A DNA stretch of 58,339 nucleotides from an uncultured Eubacteriales bacterium. Lineage in GTDB: Bacteria > Bacillota > Clostridia > TANB77 > CAG-508. Positions 29,151 through 39,437 of the stretch are shown piece by piece; positions within the stretch are counted from its first letter, which is position 1; the number at the start of each line of letters is the position of its first letter. Below the pieces are notes generated by a model. That model saw only the letters and a list, made by a program, of their open reading frames with translations. It was not told the origin of the DNA and made no database searches. The position numbers and the translations under genes are program-made. Location of the stretch: assembly GCA_949288095.1 (NCBI GenBank), contig CASEIX010000024.1:1-58339 (forward strand), read 5' to 3'.

Positions 29151-30041
29151 ATGGGATTAAAACTGGAAAATGTTTCTAAGAAGTTTGTTGGGAAACAAGC
29201 TGTAGATAATATTTCTTTTGAACTTGATAAACCTGGTGTGTTTGGATTACTTGGTACAAATGGTGCTGGTAAAACCACAACGATTAGAATGCTTCTTGGA
29301 ATTATCAAAAAAGATACAGGTGAAATTACTTGGAATGGAAAAAAGGTTGAAAGAAAGAGTGTGAATTTTGGGTATTTACCAGAAGAAAGAGGTGTTTATC
29401 CAAAAACAAAGATATATGATCAGTTGATGTATTTTGCTAAATTAAAAGGTATGAGTCAAAAAGATGCAGATGCAGCAATTAAGAAATGGGCAAAGGTATT
29501 AAAAGTAGAAGAATATATACCAATGCCAGCGGAAAAGTTGTCAAAAGGAAATCAACAAAAGATTCAATTTATGACAGCAATTATTCATGATCCAGAATTA
29601 ATTGTATTAGATGAGCCATTTAGTGGATTGGACCCAGTAAATTCGGAGATTTTAAAAAATGTCATTATTGATTTAGTAAAAGATGGAAAATATATTATCA
29701 TGTCTAGTCATCAAATGGCATCTATTGAAGAGTTTTGTACAGATATTTTAATATTAAATAAAGGAAAAACAGTATTGCAAGGAAATTTAAAAGAAATTAA
29801 AGAAGGATATAGAGCAAATCGATTAGAATTATCAACAGATAAGAATATAGAAGAATATATTAAAGAATTCAATATGGAAATAGAGTTTTCTAAAAATAAT
29901 GAATATTCTATTAAAATTGATTTTGAAGAAAAAGCTCACCAATTGCTAGAAAAGTTGGTTACAGATCATATAGAAGTAGATAAGTTTGAAATTAAGAAAC
30001 CAACATTAAATGATATTTTTATTGAAAAGGTGGGTGAATAA
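29151..30041 (+). CDS. ABC transporter ATP-binding protein (NatA/ABC-2 type)
   Basis: Walker A GTNGAGKTT, signature LSKGNQQK and Walker B LIVLDEPFSGLD. Confidence 0.9.
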   Translation: MGLKLENVSKKFVGKQAVDNISFELDKPGVFGLLGTNGAGKTTTIRMLLGIIKKDTGEITWNGKKVERKSVNFGYLPEERGVYPKTKIYDQLMYFAKLKGMSQKDADAAIKKWAKVLKVEEYIPMPAEKLSKGNQQKIQFMTAIIHDPELIVLDEPFSGLDPVNSEILKNVIIDLVKDGKYIIMSSHQMASIEEFCTDILILNKGKTVLQGNLKEIKEGYRANRLELSTDKNIEEYIKEFNMEIEFSKNNEYSIKIDFEEKAHQLLEKLVTDHIEVDKFEIKKPTLNDIFIEKVGE

Positions 30042-30042
30042 T

Positions 30043-31287
30043 ATGAGAGATTTAAAAACAGTTATTGCATTTACAATCAAAGATATGGCAAAAAGAAAAT
30101 CTTTTATTATATCAACATTGATTATTTTGGTATTAATTGTAATAGGATTTAATATACCAAATATTATGGAAGCAATCACAGGTGATAATGAAAATGCAGG
30201 AGAAACAAAATTATTAATTGTAGATAGTACAAATTTATTTGAAGGAACATTGCAAAGCATAAATCAAATGGATTTAGGATATAATGTTCAAGTTGCCAAT
30301 AATGAAATTTCTTTTGAGGATATAAAAAGTAAAATAGAAAATAATGATATAAATGAAGCTATGATGATTGAACAAAAAGAAGATGGAACTTATAAATTAA
30401 GATATATTGTAGAAAATATGACACAAATAGCTACTGTTCCCGAAGATTTAATCAATGCATTAAATACACTATATACAAATTTACAAATTTCAAAATTAGG
30501 ATTAACACAAGAACAAATGGCAAGTTTATCTCCAAATTTTGAATTTACAATTGAACAAACAGAAGAACAAGAGGTTAGTGGAAATTTATTTGTTATCATG
30601 ATGTTATCTATTGTATTATTCTATGCCATCTATTTCTGTGCATATCAAGTATCAAGTTCTATTACCACAGAAAAAACTTCAAAAATCATGGAAACATTGG
30701 TAACTTCAACATCACCAAGAACAATCGTATTAGGAAAAACCATAGGAATTGGTATTGTAGGATTAATCCAAATATGTGTGATTGTAGGTGTAGCATTGAT
30801 ATCTGCTAAGGTATTTTTAGCCCCAGAATTGTTAGATGCTGTTTTAGATATGTCCATGATGACACCATATTTGGGAATAATGACAATTGTATACTTTATT
30901 TTAGGATATTTTGCATATGCTTTATTGTATGCATTAACAGGTTCAACAGTTAGCAAACCAGAAGATATACAATCAGCCAATACACCGGTTGCTATATTGG
31001 CAGTGGTTGGATTCTATTTATCATATTTTACCATGATGAACCCAACAAGTGAATTAAATCAATTTGCAGCAATCTTCCCAATTTCATCACCATTTTGTAT
31101 GCCATTTAGAATTATGATGGGAATTGCATCAACTTCAGAAATTATATTATCAATTGTCGTATTGGTGATTACAATATTAATTATTGCACAAGTTGCTATT
31201 AAGATTTATTCAAATGCGATATTAAATTATGGAACAAAAATGACATTTAAAGATATCGTAAAAGTATATAGAGATAAAAACAATTAG
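30043..31287 (+). CDS. ABC-2 family transporter permease (NatB-like)
   Basis: N-terminal TM helix, a large extracytoplasmic loop, then five or six TM segments. I place the start at the ATG at 30043, downstream of the track start and next to the stop of the ATPase gene. Confidence 0.75.
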   Translation: MRDLKTVIAFTIKDMAKRKSFIISTLIILVLIVIGFNIPNIMEAITGDNENAGETKLLIVDSTNLFEGTLQSINQMDLGYNVQVANNEISFEDIKSKIENNDINEAMMIEQKEDGTYKLRYIVENMTQIATVPEDLINALNTLYTNLQISKLGLTQEQMASLSPNFEFTIEQTEEQEVSGNLFVIMMLSIVLFYAIYFCAYQVSSSITTEKTSKIMETLVTSTSPRTIVLGKTIGIGIVGLIQICVIVGVALISAKVFLAPELLDAVLDMSMMTPYLGIMTIVYFILGYFAYALLYALTGSTVSKPEDIQSANTPVAILAVVGFYLSYFTMMNPTSELNQFAAIFPISSPFCMPFRIMMGIASTSEIILSIVVLVITILIIAQVAIKIYSNAILNYGTKMTFKDIVKVYRDKNN

Positions 31288-31387
31288 AAAACATAAATAA
31301 ACTAGCTTGCATTTATTTGTAAGCTAGTTTAAACTATATAAAGAAGATAAAATCAGAAACAATTATCAAGAAAGGAATAGGGGCAAT

Positions 31388-31873
31388 ATGGAAGAGGTAT
31401 TGGATATATTAAAGAAATTAGGAATCGATTATGAAGTGGTAAATCATAAAGCTGTGTACACGATTGAGGATATGAACAATTTAAATAAAGAAATCTTTAA
31501 AGGTGCAGAAATCTGCAAAAACTTATTTTTAAGAGACCAAAAAGGAAAAAGACATTTTTTAGTTGTATTGTGTAGTGAGAAAAAAGCAGATATGGCAAAA
31601 ATACAGGAACAAGCACTTTCCACTAGATTAAGTTTTGCCTCTAGTGAAAGATTAATGAAATATTTAAAATTAGAGCCAGGTCATGTAAGCCCTATGGGAC
31701 TAATGAATGATGAGGAAAAGAAAGTGGAAGTGTTAATTGATAAAGATTTAAAAAATAAGAAGCTACTAGCTGTTCATCCAAATACAAATGAAGCAAGTAT
31801 ATTAATCACATATGAGGATTTGATGAAGTTTATAAAAGCAATGGGAAATGAGTATGAATTTATAGAGATATAA
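31388..31873 (+). CDS. YbaK/ProX-type aminoacyl-tRNA deacylase domain protein
   Basis: The size and the blocks NHKAVYTIEDM...CKNLFLRD.KGK.HFLVV...VSPMGL fit the YbaK/EbsC editing domain. Confidence 0.65.
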   Translation: MEEVLDILKKLGIDYEVVNHKAVYTIEDMNNLNKEIFKGAEICKNLFLRDQKGKRHFLVVLCSEKKADMAKIQEQALSTRLSFASSERLMKYLKLEPGHVSPMGLMNDEEKKVEVLIDKDLKNKKLLAVHPNTNEASILITYEDLMKFIKAMGNEYEFIEI

Positions 31874-32123
31874 TATAATAAAATAAACATGAAGTATAAA
31901 ACAAAAATATGAAATAATTTTAAAGTAAACCGAAATGATTAAATATAGTATTTGATTATTAAGGTTTATTTTTTATTTTATAAAAAAACCGACTTTTAAC
32001 TGACTTTTATCTTAACTTTATATAAAATTTTTTCTGTATACAACAAGATGAAGATTCTTATATAATTCATTTAAAAGAATAAAATAACCAAAATAAGAAA
32101 AACTAAAAAATGAGGTGAATAAT

Positions 32124-32267
32124 ATGAAGGATTTAAAGAATAATATAAAAAAAGAAATAGAAATATTAGAAAACATGATAAATTTAAATAAAGAAAAAGA
32201 ACAAATAGAAAATCAAAGGAAAAAGTTAGATAAGTTATTAGAAGAATATTTAAAAGATTTAGATTAA
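32124..32267 (+). CDS. 47-aa helical mini-protein, possibly Spo0E-like
   Basis: Not in the ORF track because it is under 60 aa. SD GAGGTG lies 7 nt upstream. MKDLKNNIKKEIEILENMINLNKEKEQIENQRKKLDKLLEEYLKDLD; the KLDKLLEEY tail resembles the Spo0E SQxLDxLIxxY motif. Confidence 0.3.
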   Translation: MKDLKNNIKKEIEILENMINLNKEKEQIENQRKKLDKLLEEYLKDLD

Positions 32268-32307
32268 TAGGAAAAACAAAAGCATTGAAATATTTCAAAT
32301 AATTATG

Positions 32308-32391
32308 AGGTCTGTCCCTTTCGTTTCATTTTGGAACATTGGGGACGGGTTAAATCGTTTCAAAACGGAACGATTTGGCACGTCCCCAATG
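32308..32391 (-). repeat. REP-like palindromic unit, long form, variant terminus CATTGGGGACG (no TAG)
   Basis: AGGTCTGTCCCTTTCGTTTCATTTTGGAACATTGGGGACGGGTTAAATCGTTTCAAAACGGAACGATTTGGCACGTCCCCAATG. Confidence 0.9.
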
Positions 32392-32485
32392 TAACACTGA
32401 AATAAAAATACAATACGTACGAAAATAATTCGTTTATACACAGTTGAAAATTTGATAAGATAAACAAAAAAATAAAGGTGGTAAT

Positions 32486-32812
32486 ATGAGAAAACCAAGT
32501 ACAATTAAAATAGGAAAAAAACTTCAAACAATTAGAAAAAGTAATGGATATACACAAGAACAGTTAGCCGAAAAAGTAGAGGTATCTGTTAGATATATTA
32601 GTGATGTTGAACAAGATCGAGCAAAACCATCTTATGAAGTACTTGTTAAAATTTGTAATATTTTTAAAATTAGTTTAGACCAAGTCTTTAGTGAATATTT
32701 AACAGTAACAGAAAATAAAAGCTTAGCATATCCATTAGCAGGATATGAGAAGTTATCAGAGATAGATAAGAATACAATTGAACATTTAATTATGTATTTT
32801 AATAAAAAATAA
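32486..32812 (+). CDS. XRE-family helix-turn-helix regulator
   Basis: IGKKLQTIRKSNGYTQEQLAEKVEVSVRYISDVEQDRAKPS is a canonical HTH_3 pattern. Confidence 0.8.
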   Translation: MRKPSTIKIGKKLQTIRKSNGYTQEQLAEKVEVSVRYISDVEQDRAKPSYEVLVKICNIFKISLDQVFSEYLTVTENKSLAYPLAGYEKLSEIDKNTIEHLIMYFNKK

Positions 32813-32994
32813 AAGATATTTAGAATGAGAGCAGAAACTCATTCTTTTTTTCTTATATTTTTTGTTTTATAAAGATTTGCCTATATTATATAGACTATTT
32901 CTATATAATTGTTTTTATAAACTGGTTTTGACACAAAGATAGTTTTATTATATACTGATATCGCAATAATATAAAAATAGAGGAGTTGTCATAT

Positions 32995-34998
32995 ATGAAA
33001 GAAAATGAGACATATGAACAATGTGTAATAAAGGAAAAAAATGAAGGACAATTTAGTAGAGAAAAATACTTAAAGTTATTAAGTAAAGAATTTAAAAATA
33101 CAACAGAAGTGGCAGAAGAAATTATTAATTTAAAGGCAATACTAAATTTACCAAAGGGAACAGAAGTATTTTTAAGTGATATTCATGGAGAATATGCACC
33201 ATTTACCCATATTTTAAATAATGAAGCAGGAATTATAAAAAGTAAAATTGAAGAAACATTCGAAAATCGAATTACAGAAAAAGAACGAAATACATTAGCA
33301 ACTTTGATATATTATCCAAAAGAAAAACTAAAATTCATTAAACAAGAAACAGAAAATCTAGAAGAATGGTATGCAATTACTTTATACAGATTAGTAGAAG
33401 TAGCAAGAAAAGTAAGTTCAAAATATACAAGATCAAAAGTTAGAAAAGCGATTCATAGTGGATTTGAATATATTATAGATGAATTACTACACTCACAAGT
33501 AGATAGTGAAAAAGATAAAGAAAATTATTACAAACAAATTATTAAGACAATTATTGAGCTAGAACAAGCAGATAGCTTTATCATAGCTATATCAGACTTA
33601 ATTAAACAAATGGCGATAGACCATTTACATGTAATAGGAGACATCTTTGATAGAGGAAGATATCCAGATTTAGTATTAGATAGACTAATGAGTTTTCATA
33701 GCTTAGACATTCAGTGGGGAAATCACGATATATTATGGATGGGAGCAGGATGTGGAAATAAAGCTAATATTGCAACTGTTGTTAGAATATGTGCAAGATA
33801 TAATAATATAGGAATATTGGAAGATTCTTATGGAATAAATATGAGGCCATTATCCACATTTGCACAAAAAATATATAAAAATGATGATTGTGCAAACTTT
33901 ATGCCAAAGGTATTTGATTTTAATAAATATGACAATAGTGATAGAAATAGTATAGCCAAAATACAAAAAGCAATAACGATTATTCAATTTAAAATTGAAG
34001 GACAATTAATCAAAAAACACCCAGAATATCATTTAGACAATCGATTATTACTAGACAAAATGAATATAGAAAAAGGAACCGTAACGATAGAGGGAAAAGA
34101 ATATGAATTAAATGACAAGAATTTTCCAACAATTGATAAAAATGATCCATATGCTTTAACTTCTGAAGAAAATGAAATCATGGAAAGACTTGCAGAATCT
34201 TTTGTGCATAGTCCTAGTCTACAAAAACATTTGAAATATTTATACACAAAAGGAGAAATATATACTATATTTAATAATAATCTTTTATTCCATGGTTGTA
34301 TTCCAGTAGATGAAAATGGAAATTTAAAAGAAGTAGAATTTATGGGAAAAAGATTAAAAGGAAAAGCCTATTTTGATGAAATCAATGAAGTGGTAAATAA
34401 AGTATTTGCAACAAGACAGCCAGAATTAGTAGATATCATGTGGTTTTTATGGATTTCACCAGAATCACCATTTTTCGGAAAAGAAAAAATGGCAACATTT
34501 GAAAGCTATTTTGTAAAAGATAAAACAATGAGCAAAGAATCCAAAAGTCCCTATTATCAATATTCTGAAAATGAAGAATTTTGTGTAAAAATATTAAGAG
34601 AATTTGGATTAGAAGGAGAAGATTCTCATATCTTAAATGGACATGTTCCAGTAAAAGCAAAAGATGGAGAAAGTCCAATAAAAGCAAATGGAAAACTATT
34701 AGTGATTGATGGCGGATTTGCAAAAAGCTTTAGAGAAAAAACAGGAAATGCAGGATATATCTTAACATATAACTCAAATGGATTATTATTAAGTCAAAAT
34801 AAACCATTTGAATCTGTAGAAAAAGCAATTGTAGAAGAAACAGATATTATCAGTGAAATCATTGTCAAGAAAACAGATGTTCTTAGAAAAAGAGTAGCAG
34901 ATACAGACATAGGAGCAAAACTAAAAGGAGAAATTGCAGACTTACAAGAATTAATGAAAGCATATAAAAATGGAGAAATAAAAGAAGTGGAACGTTAG
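32995..34998 (+). CDS. fbp: fructose-1,6-bisphosphatase, class 3
   Basis: IINLKAILNLPKGTEVFLSDIHGEY, HVIGDIFDRG, WGNHD and GHVPV metallophosphoesterase motifs, and a length of about 665 aa. I prefer the ATG at 32995 over the track TTG at 32986. The last codons GTG GAA CGT TAG lie in the repeat at 34987. Confidence 0.9.
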   Translation: MKENETYEQCVIKEKNEGQFSREKYLKLLSKEFKNTTEVAEEIINLKAILNLPKGTEVFLSDIHGEYAPFTHILNNEAGIIKSKIEETFENRITEKERNTLATLIYYPKEKLKFIKQETENLEEWYAITLYRLVEVARKVSSKYTRSKVRKAIHSGFEYIIDELLHSQVDSEKDKENYYKQIIKTIIELEQADSFIIAISDLIKQMAIDHLHVIGDIFDRGRYPDLVLDRLMSFHSLDIQWGNHDILWMGAGCGNKANIATVVRICARYNNIGILEDSYGINMRPLSTFAQKIYKNDDCANFMPKVFDFNKYDNSDRNSIAKIQKAITIIQFKIEGQLIKKHPEYHLDNRLLLDKMNIEKGTVTIEGKEYELNDKNFPTIDKNDPYALTSEENEIMERLAESFVHSPSLQKHLKYLYTKGEIYTIFNNNLLFHGCIPVDENGNLKEVEFMGKRLKGKAYFDEINEVVNKVFATRQPELVDIMWFLWISPESPFFGKEKMATFESYFVKDKTMSKESKSPYYQYSENEEFCVKILREFGLEGEDSHILNGHVPVKAKDGESPIKANGKLLVIDGGFAKSFREKTGNAGYILTYNSNGLLLSQNKPFESVEKAIVEETDIISEIIVKKTDVLRKRVADTDIGAKLKGEIADLQELMKAYKNGEIKEVER

Positions 34999-35076
34999 GG
35001 ACGTGCCAAATCGTTCCGTTTTGAAACGATTTAACCCGTCCCCAATGTTCCCAAATGAAACAAAAGGGACAGACCT
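34987..35076 (+). repeat. REP-like palindromic unit, long form
   Basis: GTGGAACGTTAGGGACGTGCCAAATCGTTCCGTTTTGAAACGATTTAACCCGTCCCCAATGTTCCCAAATGAAACAAAAGGGACAGACCT. Confidence 0.9.
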
Positions 35077-35212
35077 ATCATGATAAAAAGGAAAAATAAA
35101 TAAAACGTTTGACAAATTTTGTTTAGCAGTATATAAATAAGATAAAGATTATTTATATACTGCTATATATTTTAAGATAATATAACATTATTTTAAAAGG
35201 AGGTAAGTATTA

Positions 35213-35542
35213 TTGGATTTAGAAATATTTAACCATATACAGGAAAAAATGACAGATATGAAAAATGAAATAAAACAAAACAACACTTCAGAAGAAATCG
35301 AATTAGCAAAAAAACTAGATGCCATAGAAGAATATTCTGTAGATAGATTTGAAGGAGAATATGCCATATTAGAGAACAGAAAAACAAATGAAATAAAAAA
35401 TGTAAAAAAAGATATGTTACCAGAAAATATAAAAGAGGGAAGCATTTTGCAATATGTAAATGGAAAATATACATATAATGAAGAATTGACAAAAGAAGAA
35501 ACCACAAGAATTCAAGACAGGATGAATAAATTATGGAATTAA
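35213..35542 (+). CDS. DUF3006-like small protein
   Basis: YSVDRFEGEYAILENRKTNEIKNVKKDMLPENIKEGSIL is the DUF3006 pattern, and such genes commonly precede ComEC-type MBL genes. Coordinates are taken from the ORF track; my hand count in 35188..35280 was 1 nt out of register with it. Confidence 0.55.
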   Translation: MDLEIFNHIQEKMTDMKNEIKQNNTSEEIELAKKLDAIEEYSVDRFEGEYAILENRKTNEIKNVKKDMLPENIKEGSILQYVNGKYTYNEELTKEETTRIQDRMNKLWN

Positions 35543-35603
35543 GATAACAGTATGAATGGATACACAACAGAAGATATATGTGAAAAATGAAGGAGGACAA
35601 AAG

Positions 35604-36527
35604 ATGGCAAGAAAGAGGAGAAATACAAAAATACAAAGAGCAATAGCAACAGCAATTGCATTCATCATTGTAGGAATTGCAGGAATATTAGGTACAAATG
35701 AAGAATTTGTAAATACAGTTTCTAACATAGGAGAACAAACCAATAGTCAAAATGAACAACAAGTAGAATTTGTGGCACAAGAAAATTTATTAATAGATTT
35801 TATAGATGTTGGACAAGCAGATAGTATTTTAATTCGAAATCAAGACAAAGTGATGTTAATAGATGCAGGAACAAATGAGGCGGGGAAAACAGTTATAGAT
35901 TACCTAGAAAATTTTGGAATTACAAAGATAGATTATTTGATAGGAACACATCCACATGAAGATCATATTGGTGGATTAGATGATGTAATAAACAATTTTG
36001 ATATTGGACAAATTTATATGCCCAAAATTGAAACAACAACCAAAACATTTGAGGATGTATTAGATGCTATAGAAAATAAAAACTTGACAATAACAGCTCC
36101 TAATAAAGGTGACAAAATTGAACTGGGACAAGCAGTAGGAGAGTTTATGACAGAACCGATACTAGATGAAGATAATTTAAATGTATCATCACTTGTTCTT
36201 AGACTAGAATTTGGAAATACCAGTTACTTGTTTATGGGAGATGCAGAAGAGAAAAATGAAGAAACAATCAATTGGCCAAAGACAGATGTGTTAAAAGTAG
36301 GTCATCATGGCTCTAGTACGAGTAGTAGTGAAAGATTCCTAGAACAAGTACAACCACAATATGCCATAATTATGGCTGGAAAAGATAATTCTTATGGATT
36401 ACCAACACAAGAAACAATAGATAAATTAAACAATATTGGAAGTAAAATATATAGAACAGATGAAGATGGAACCATTCAAATGATATCTGATAGAAATACA
36501 ATAGAAATTAAAACGACAAATAATTAG
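35604..36527 (+). CDS. MBL-fold metallo-hydrolase (ComEC C-terminal-like), membrane anchored
   Basis: IDVGQADSILI and HPHEDHIGG motifs and an N-terminal TM helix. I place the start at the ATG 7 nt after GAAGGAGG. Confidence 0.8.
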   Translation: MARKRRNTKIQRAIATAIAFIIVGIAGILGTNEEFVNTVSNIGEQTNSQNEQQVEFVAQENLLIDFIDVGQADSILIRNQDKVMLIDAGTNEAGKTVIDYLENFGITKIDYLIGTHPHEDHIGGLDDVINNFDIGQIYMPKIETTTKTFEDVLDAIENKNLTITAPNKGDKIELGQAVGEFMTEPILDEDNLNVSSLVLRLEFGNTSYLFMGDAEEKNEETINWPKTDVLKVGHHGSSTSSSERFLEQVQPQYAIIMAGKDNSYGLPTQETIDKLNNIGSKIYRTDEDGTIQMISDRNTIEIKTTNN

Positions 36528-36532
36528 AAACA

Positions 36533-36563
36533 AAGCAGATAGTATTAAACTGTCTGCTTTATT
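36533..36563 (+). terminator. rho-independent terminator
   Basis: AAGCAGATAG-loop-CTGTCTGCTTTATT. Confidence 0.6.
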
Positions 36564-36624
36564 GAATATATCTTTTTATTGAGACGTATATTTAATGTGA
36601 ATTAAGCTTTTTATGCCAAAACGC

Positions 36625-36653
36625 TTGACAGTTTACAATAATAAAGATAAAAT
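36625..36653 (+). promoter_or_regulatory. sigma-A-type promoter upstream of rny
   Basis: TTGACA, a 17-nt spacer, then TAAAAT. Confidence 0.55.
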
Positions 36654-36733
36654 AGATATGGTAGGAAAAAATATATTTCATATAAACATATATATTTATT
36701 TCGAACATTGAAAATTAAATAAGAAAGAGGTGT

Positions 36734-38281
36734 ATGATTATGACTATTGTAATCATTATCGCCGCTGTCTTAATCTCACTTGCAATAGGATTTCTAGTAG
36801 GAATGGTATACAGAAAAAAAATTGCAGAATCTAAAATTCAGGGAGCAGAAAACGAGGCAAAAAGATTAATTGATTTAGCAAAAAAAGAAGGAGAAAATCT
36901 AAAAAAAGAAGAGATTTTCAAAGCTAAAGAAGAAATTATGAATAATAGAAAAGAATTGGATCAAGAGATTAAAGAAAGAAGGGGCGAAGTACAAAAACAA
37001 GAAGCAAGACTAATTCAAAAAGAGGAAAACTTAGAAAAGCGTGCAGAAAATTTTGAAAAAAGAGAACAAGAGTTAGAGAAGGAAAGACAAAATATTGATA
37101 AAGAAAAAGAAGAATTAGAAAAATTGCATGAACAAGAAATGGTCGAACTTCAAAAAATTGCATCTTTAAGTAAAGAAGAAGCAAAACAAAGGTTACTTGC
37201 AGAAATGGATAAAGAATTGACAGCAGAAAAAGCAGCTTTAATTAGAGAACAAGAGCAAAAGGCAAAAGAAGATGCAAATAAAAATGCGAAAGAAATTTTA
37301 TGTTATGCCGTGCAAAAATGTGCAGCTGATCATTCACAAGAAACAACAGTATCCATTGTTCCACTTCCAAATGATGATATGAAAGGAAGAATTATTGGTA
37401 GAGAAGGTAGAAATATAAAAGCATTGGAAACATTAACAGGAATTGATTTAATAATCGATGATACACCAGAAGCTGTCGTATTGTCAGGATTTGACCCATT
37501 AAGAAGAGAAGTTGCTAGAATTGCATTAGAGAAGTTAATCGATGATGGAAGAATTCATCCTGCTAAAATCGAAGAAATGGTTGAAAAAGCTAAGGAAGAA
37601 TTAGAAACTACCATCAAAGAAGAAGGGGAAAGAGCCGTATTAGAGACAGGTGTTATTGGATTACATCCAGATTTAGTAAGATTAATTGGAAAATTAAAAT
37701 ACAGAACAAGTTATGGACAAAATGTACTAAATCATTCAATAGAAGTTTCAAATTTAGCAAGAATCATGGCAGAAGAATTAGGATTAGATGCTAAACGTGC
37801 TAGAAGAGCAGGTTTATTGCATGATATTGGAAAAGCATTAGACCACGATATGGAAGGAACCCATGTAGAAATTGGTGTAGAAGTATTGAAAAAATATAAA
37901 GAAAATCCATTAGTGATTAATGCAGTAGAAGCACATCATGGAGATGTAGAACCTCAAACTTTAGAAGCACTTTTAGTACAAGCAGCAGATGCTATATCAG
38001 CATCAAGACCAGGTGCTAGAAGAGAAACACTAGAAGCATATATTAAGAGATTACAAAATCTTGAGGAAATTGCAGATTCATTTGATGGCGTTGAAAAATC
38101 TTTTGCTATACAAGCTGGTCGTGAAATTAGAGTTATGGTAAAACCAGAAAAGATTTCAGATGACCAAATGACAATCTTAGCAAGAGAGGTTTCTAAAAAG
38201 ATTGAAAACGAAATGGATTATCCAGGACAAATCAAAGTTAATGTTATTAGAGAAACAAGAACAGTGGATTATGCAAAATAA
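36734..38281 (+). CDS. rny: ribonuclease Y
   Basis: N-terminal TM helix, a K/E coiled coil, the KH domain ([15 protein letters not shown]) and the HD domain (GLLHDIGKA). Confidence 0.95.
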   Translation: MIMTIVIIIAAVLISLAIGFLVGMVYRKKIAESKIQGAENEAKRLIDLAKKEGENLKKEEIFKAKEEIMNNRKELDQEIKERRGEVQKQEARLIQKEENLEKRAENFEKREQELEKERQNIDKEKEELEKLHEQEMVELQKIASLSKEEAKQRLLAEMDKELTAEKAALIREQEQKAKEDANKNAKEILCYAVQKCAADHSQETTVSIVPLPNDDMKGRIIGREGRNIKALETLTGIDLIIDDTPEAVVLSGFDPLRREVARIALEKLIDDGRIHPAKIEEMVEKAKEELETTIKEEGERAVLETGVIGLHPDLVRLIGKLKYRTSYGQNVLNHSIEVSNLARIMAEELGLDAKRARRAGLLHDIGKALDHDMEGTHVEIGVEVLKKYKENPLVINAVEAHHGDVEPQTLEALLVQAADAISASRPGARRETLEAYIKRLQNLEEIADSFDGVEKSFAIQAGREIRVMVKPEKISDDQMTILAREVSKKIENEMDYPGQIKVNVIRETRTVDYAK

Positions 38282-38317
38282 AAATATAAATCAATAAGGA
38301 TTTAAATAACTAAAAAA

Positions 38318-38347
38318 AGAATCTAGCTTAAAAGCTGGGTTCTTTTT
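38318..38347 (+). terminator. rho-independent terminator
   Basis: AGAATCTAGCT-TAAA-AGCTGGGTTCTTTTTG, with G:U pairs. Confidence 0.6.
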
Positions 38348-38519
38348 GCGTTTATGAGAGGTTATCAGTACATTTTCAGAAAAAACAAACTTTAAATTCT
38401 CCACAGACCAGAAGATATACAAATGTAAAATAGAAAAAGCAAGGAGGCTGACAGAGAAGCTCTTGCGAATTCAAAAAAAATATAGTATGATAATACTATA
38501 AAATATATAGAAAGAAGGA

Positions 38520-39296
38520 ATGGTTTTGAAGATTTTAGCAGTAGGAGATATTATTGGAGAAACTGGAATTAAAGAATTAAAAAATAAATTATACCAAATT
38601 AGACAAAAAGAAGAAATTGATTTTGTCATTGTCAATGGAGAAAATGCAGCAGAAGGAATGGGAATCACAGAAAAAAACTTTAATGATATTATTTCTCAAA
38701 ATGTAGATGTAGTAACAATGGGAAATCATACATGGGGGAAAAAAGATATCTTTAAGTTTATAGATCACCCTAAATTAATTAGACCAGCTAATTATCCAAA
38801 AGGAGTAGTAGGTAAAGGATATGGTATCTATGAATGCAAAAACAAAAAAATAGCGGTTATCAATTTAATTGGAAGGGTATATATAAATGTATTATCAGAA
38901 AATCCATTTTTAACAGTAAAAGGTATCATAAAGAAAATTAAAGATAAAGTAGATATCATTATTGTAGATTTTCATGCTGAAGCAACAGGGGAGAAAATTA
39001 CAATGGGATATTATCTAGATGGTATGGTTACTGCAGTTTTTGGAACACATACACATGTACAAACAGCAGATGAAAGAATTTTACCAAAAGGAACAGCATA
39101 TATTAGTGATATTGGTATGACAGGAACAAAAAATTCAGCTTTAGGAATGGATGTTTCAGTAGCTTTAAAACGATTTGAAACATCATTACCAGAACGATAT
39201 AAAGTAGCATCAGGAGAAGGAATGTTAAATGGTGTTATTTATGATATTGATGATAAGACAAATAAAGTAAAAACAATAACAAGAATTAATGTGTAA
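38520..39296 (+). CDS. ymdB: YmdB-family metallophosphoesterase (2',3'-cyclic-nucleotide phosphodiesterase)
   Basis: LKILAVGDIIGETG, VNGENAAEGMGIT and DFHAEATGEK blocks, with conserved rny-ymdB-spoVS synteny. Confidence 0.9.
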   Translation: MVLKILAVGDIIGETGIKELKNKLYQIRQKEEIDFVIVNGENAAEGMGITEKNFNDIISQNVDVVTMGNHTWGKKDIFKFIDHPKLIRPANYPKGVVGKGYGIYECKNKKIAVINLIGRVYINVLSENPFLTVKGIIKKIKDKVDIIIVDFHAEATGEKITMGYYLDGMVTAVFGTHTHVQTADERILPKGTAYISDIGMTGTKNSALGMDVSVALKRFETSLPERYKVASGEGMLNGVIYDIDDKTNKVKTITRINV

Positions 39297-39437
39297 AAAA
39301 TGTCGAATTAGTAGATTTATTGCGATGAAAACCTATAAATTTTTATAAAAAATACTTTACAGTAATTTCCAGATATTGTAAAATACAAACTGTAAGAGTT
39401 GCAACAAAAAAATAAAAATTATAGGAGGCAAAAGAAA

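Noticed and set aside
32071-32557. Three minus-strand ORFs (32071..32298, 32295..32504, 32360..32557).
   Set aside because: Their translations are low-complexity and Phe/Leu/Ile-rich. They overlap a REP copy and the 5' end of the XRE gene. A short + strand ORF with an SD explains part of the region better.
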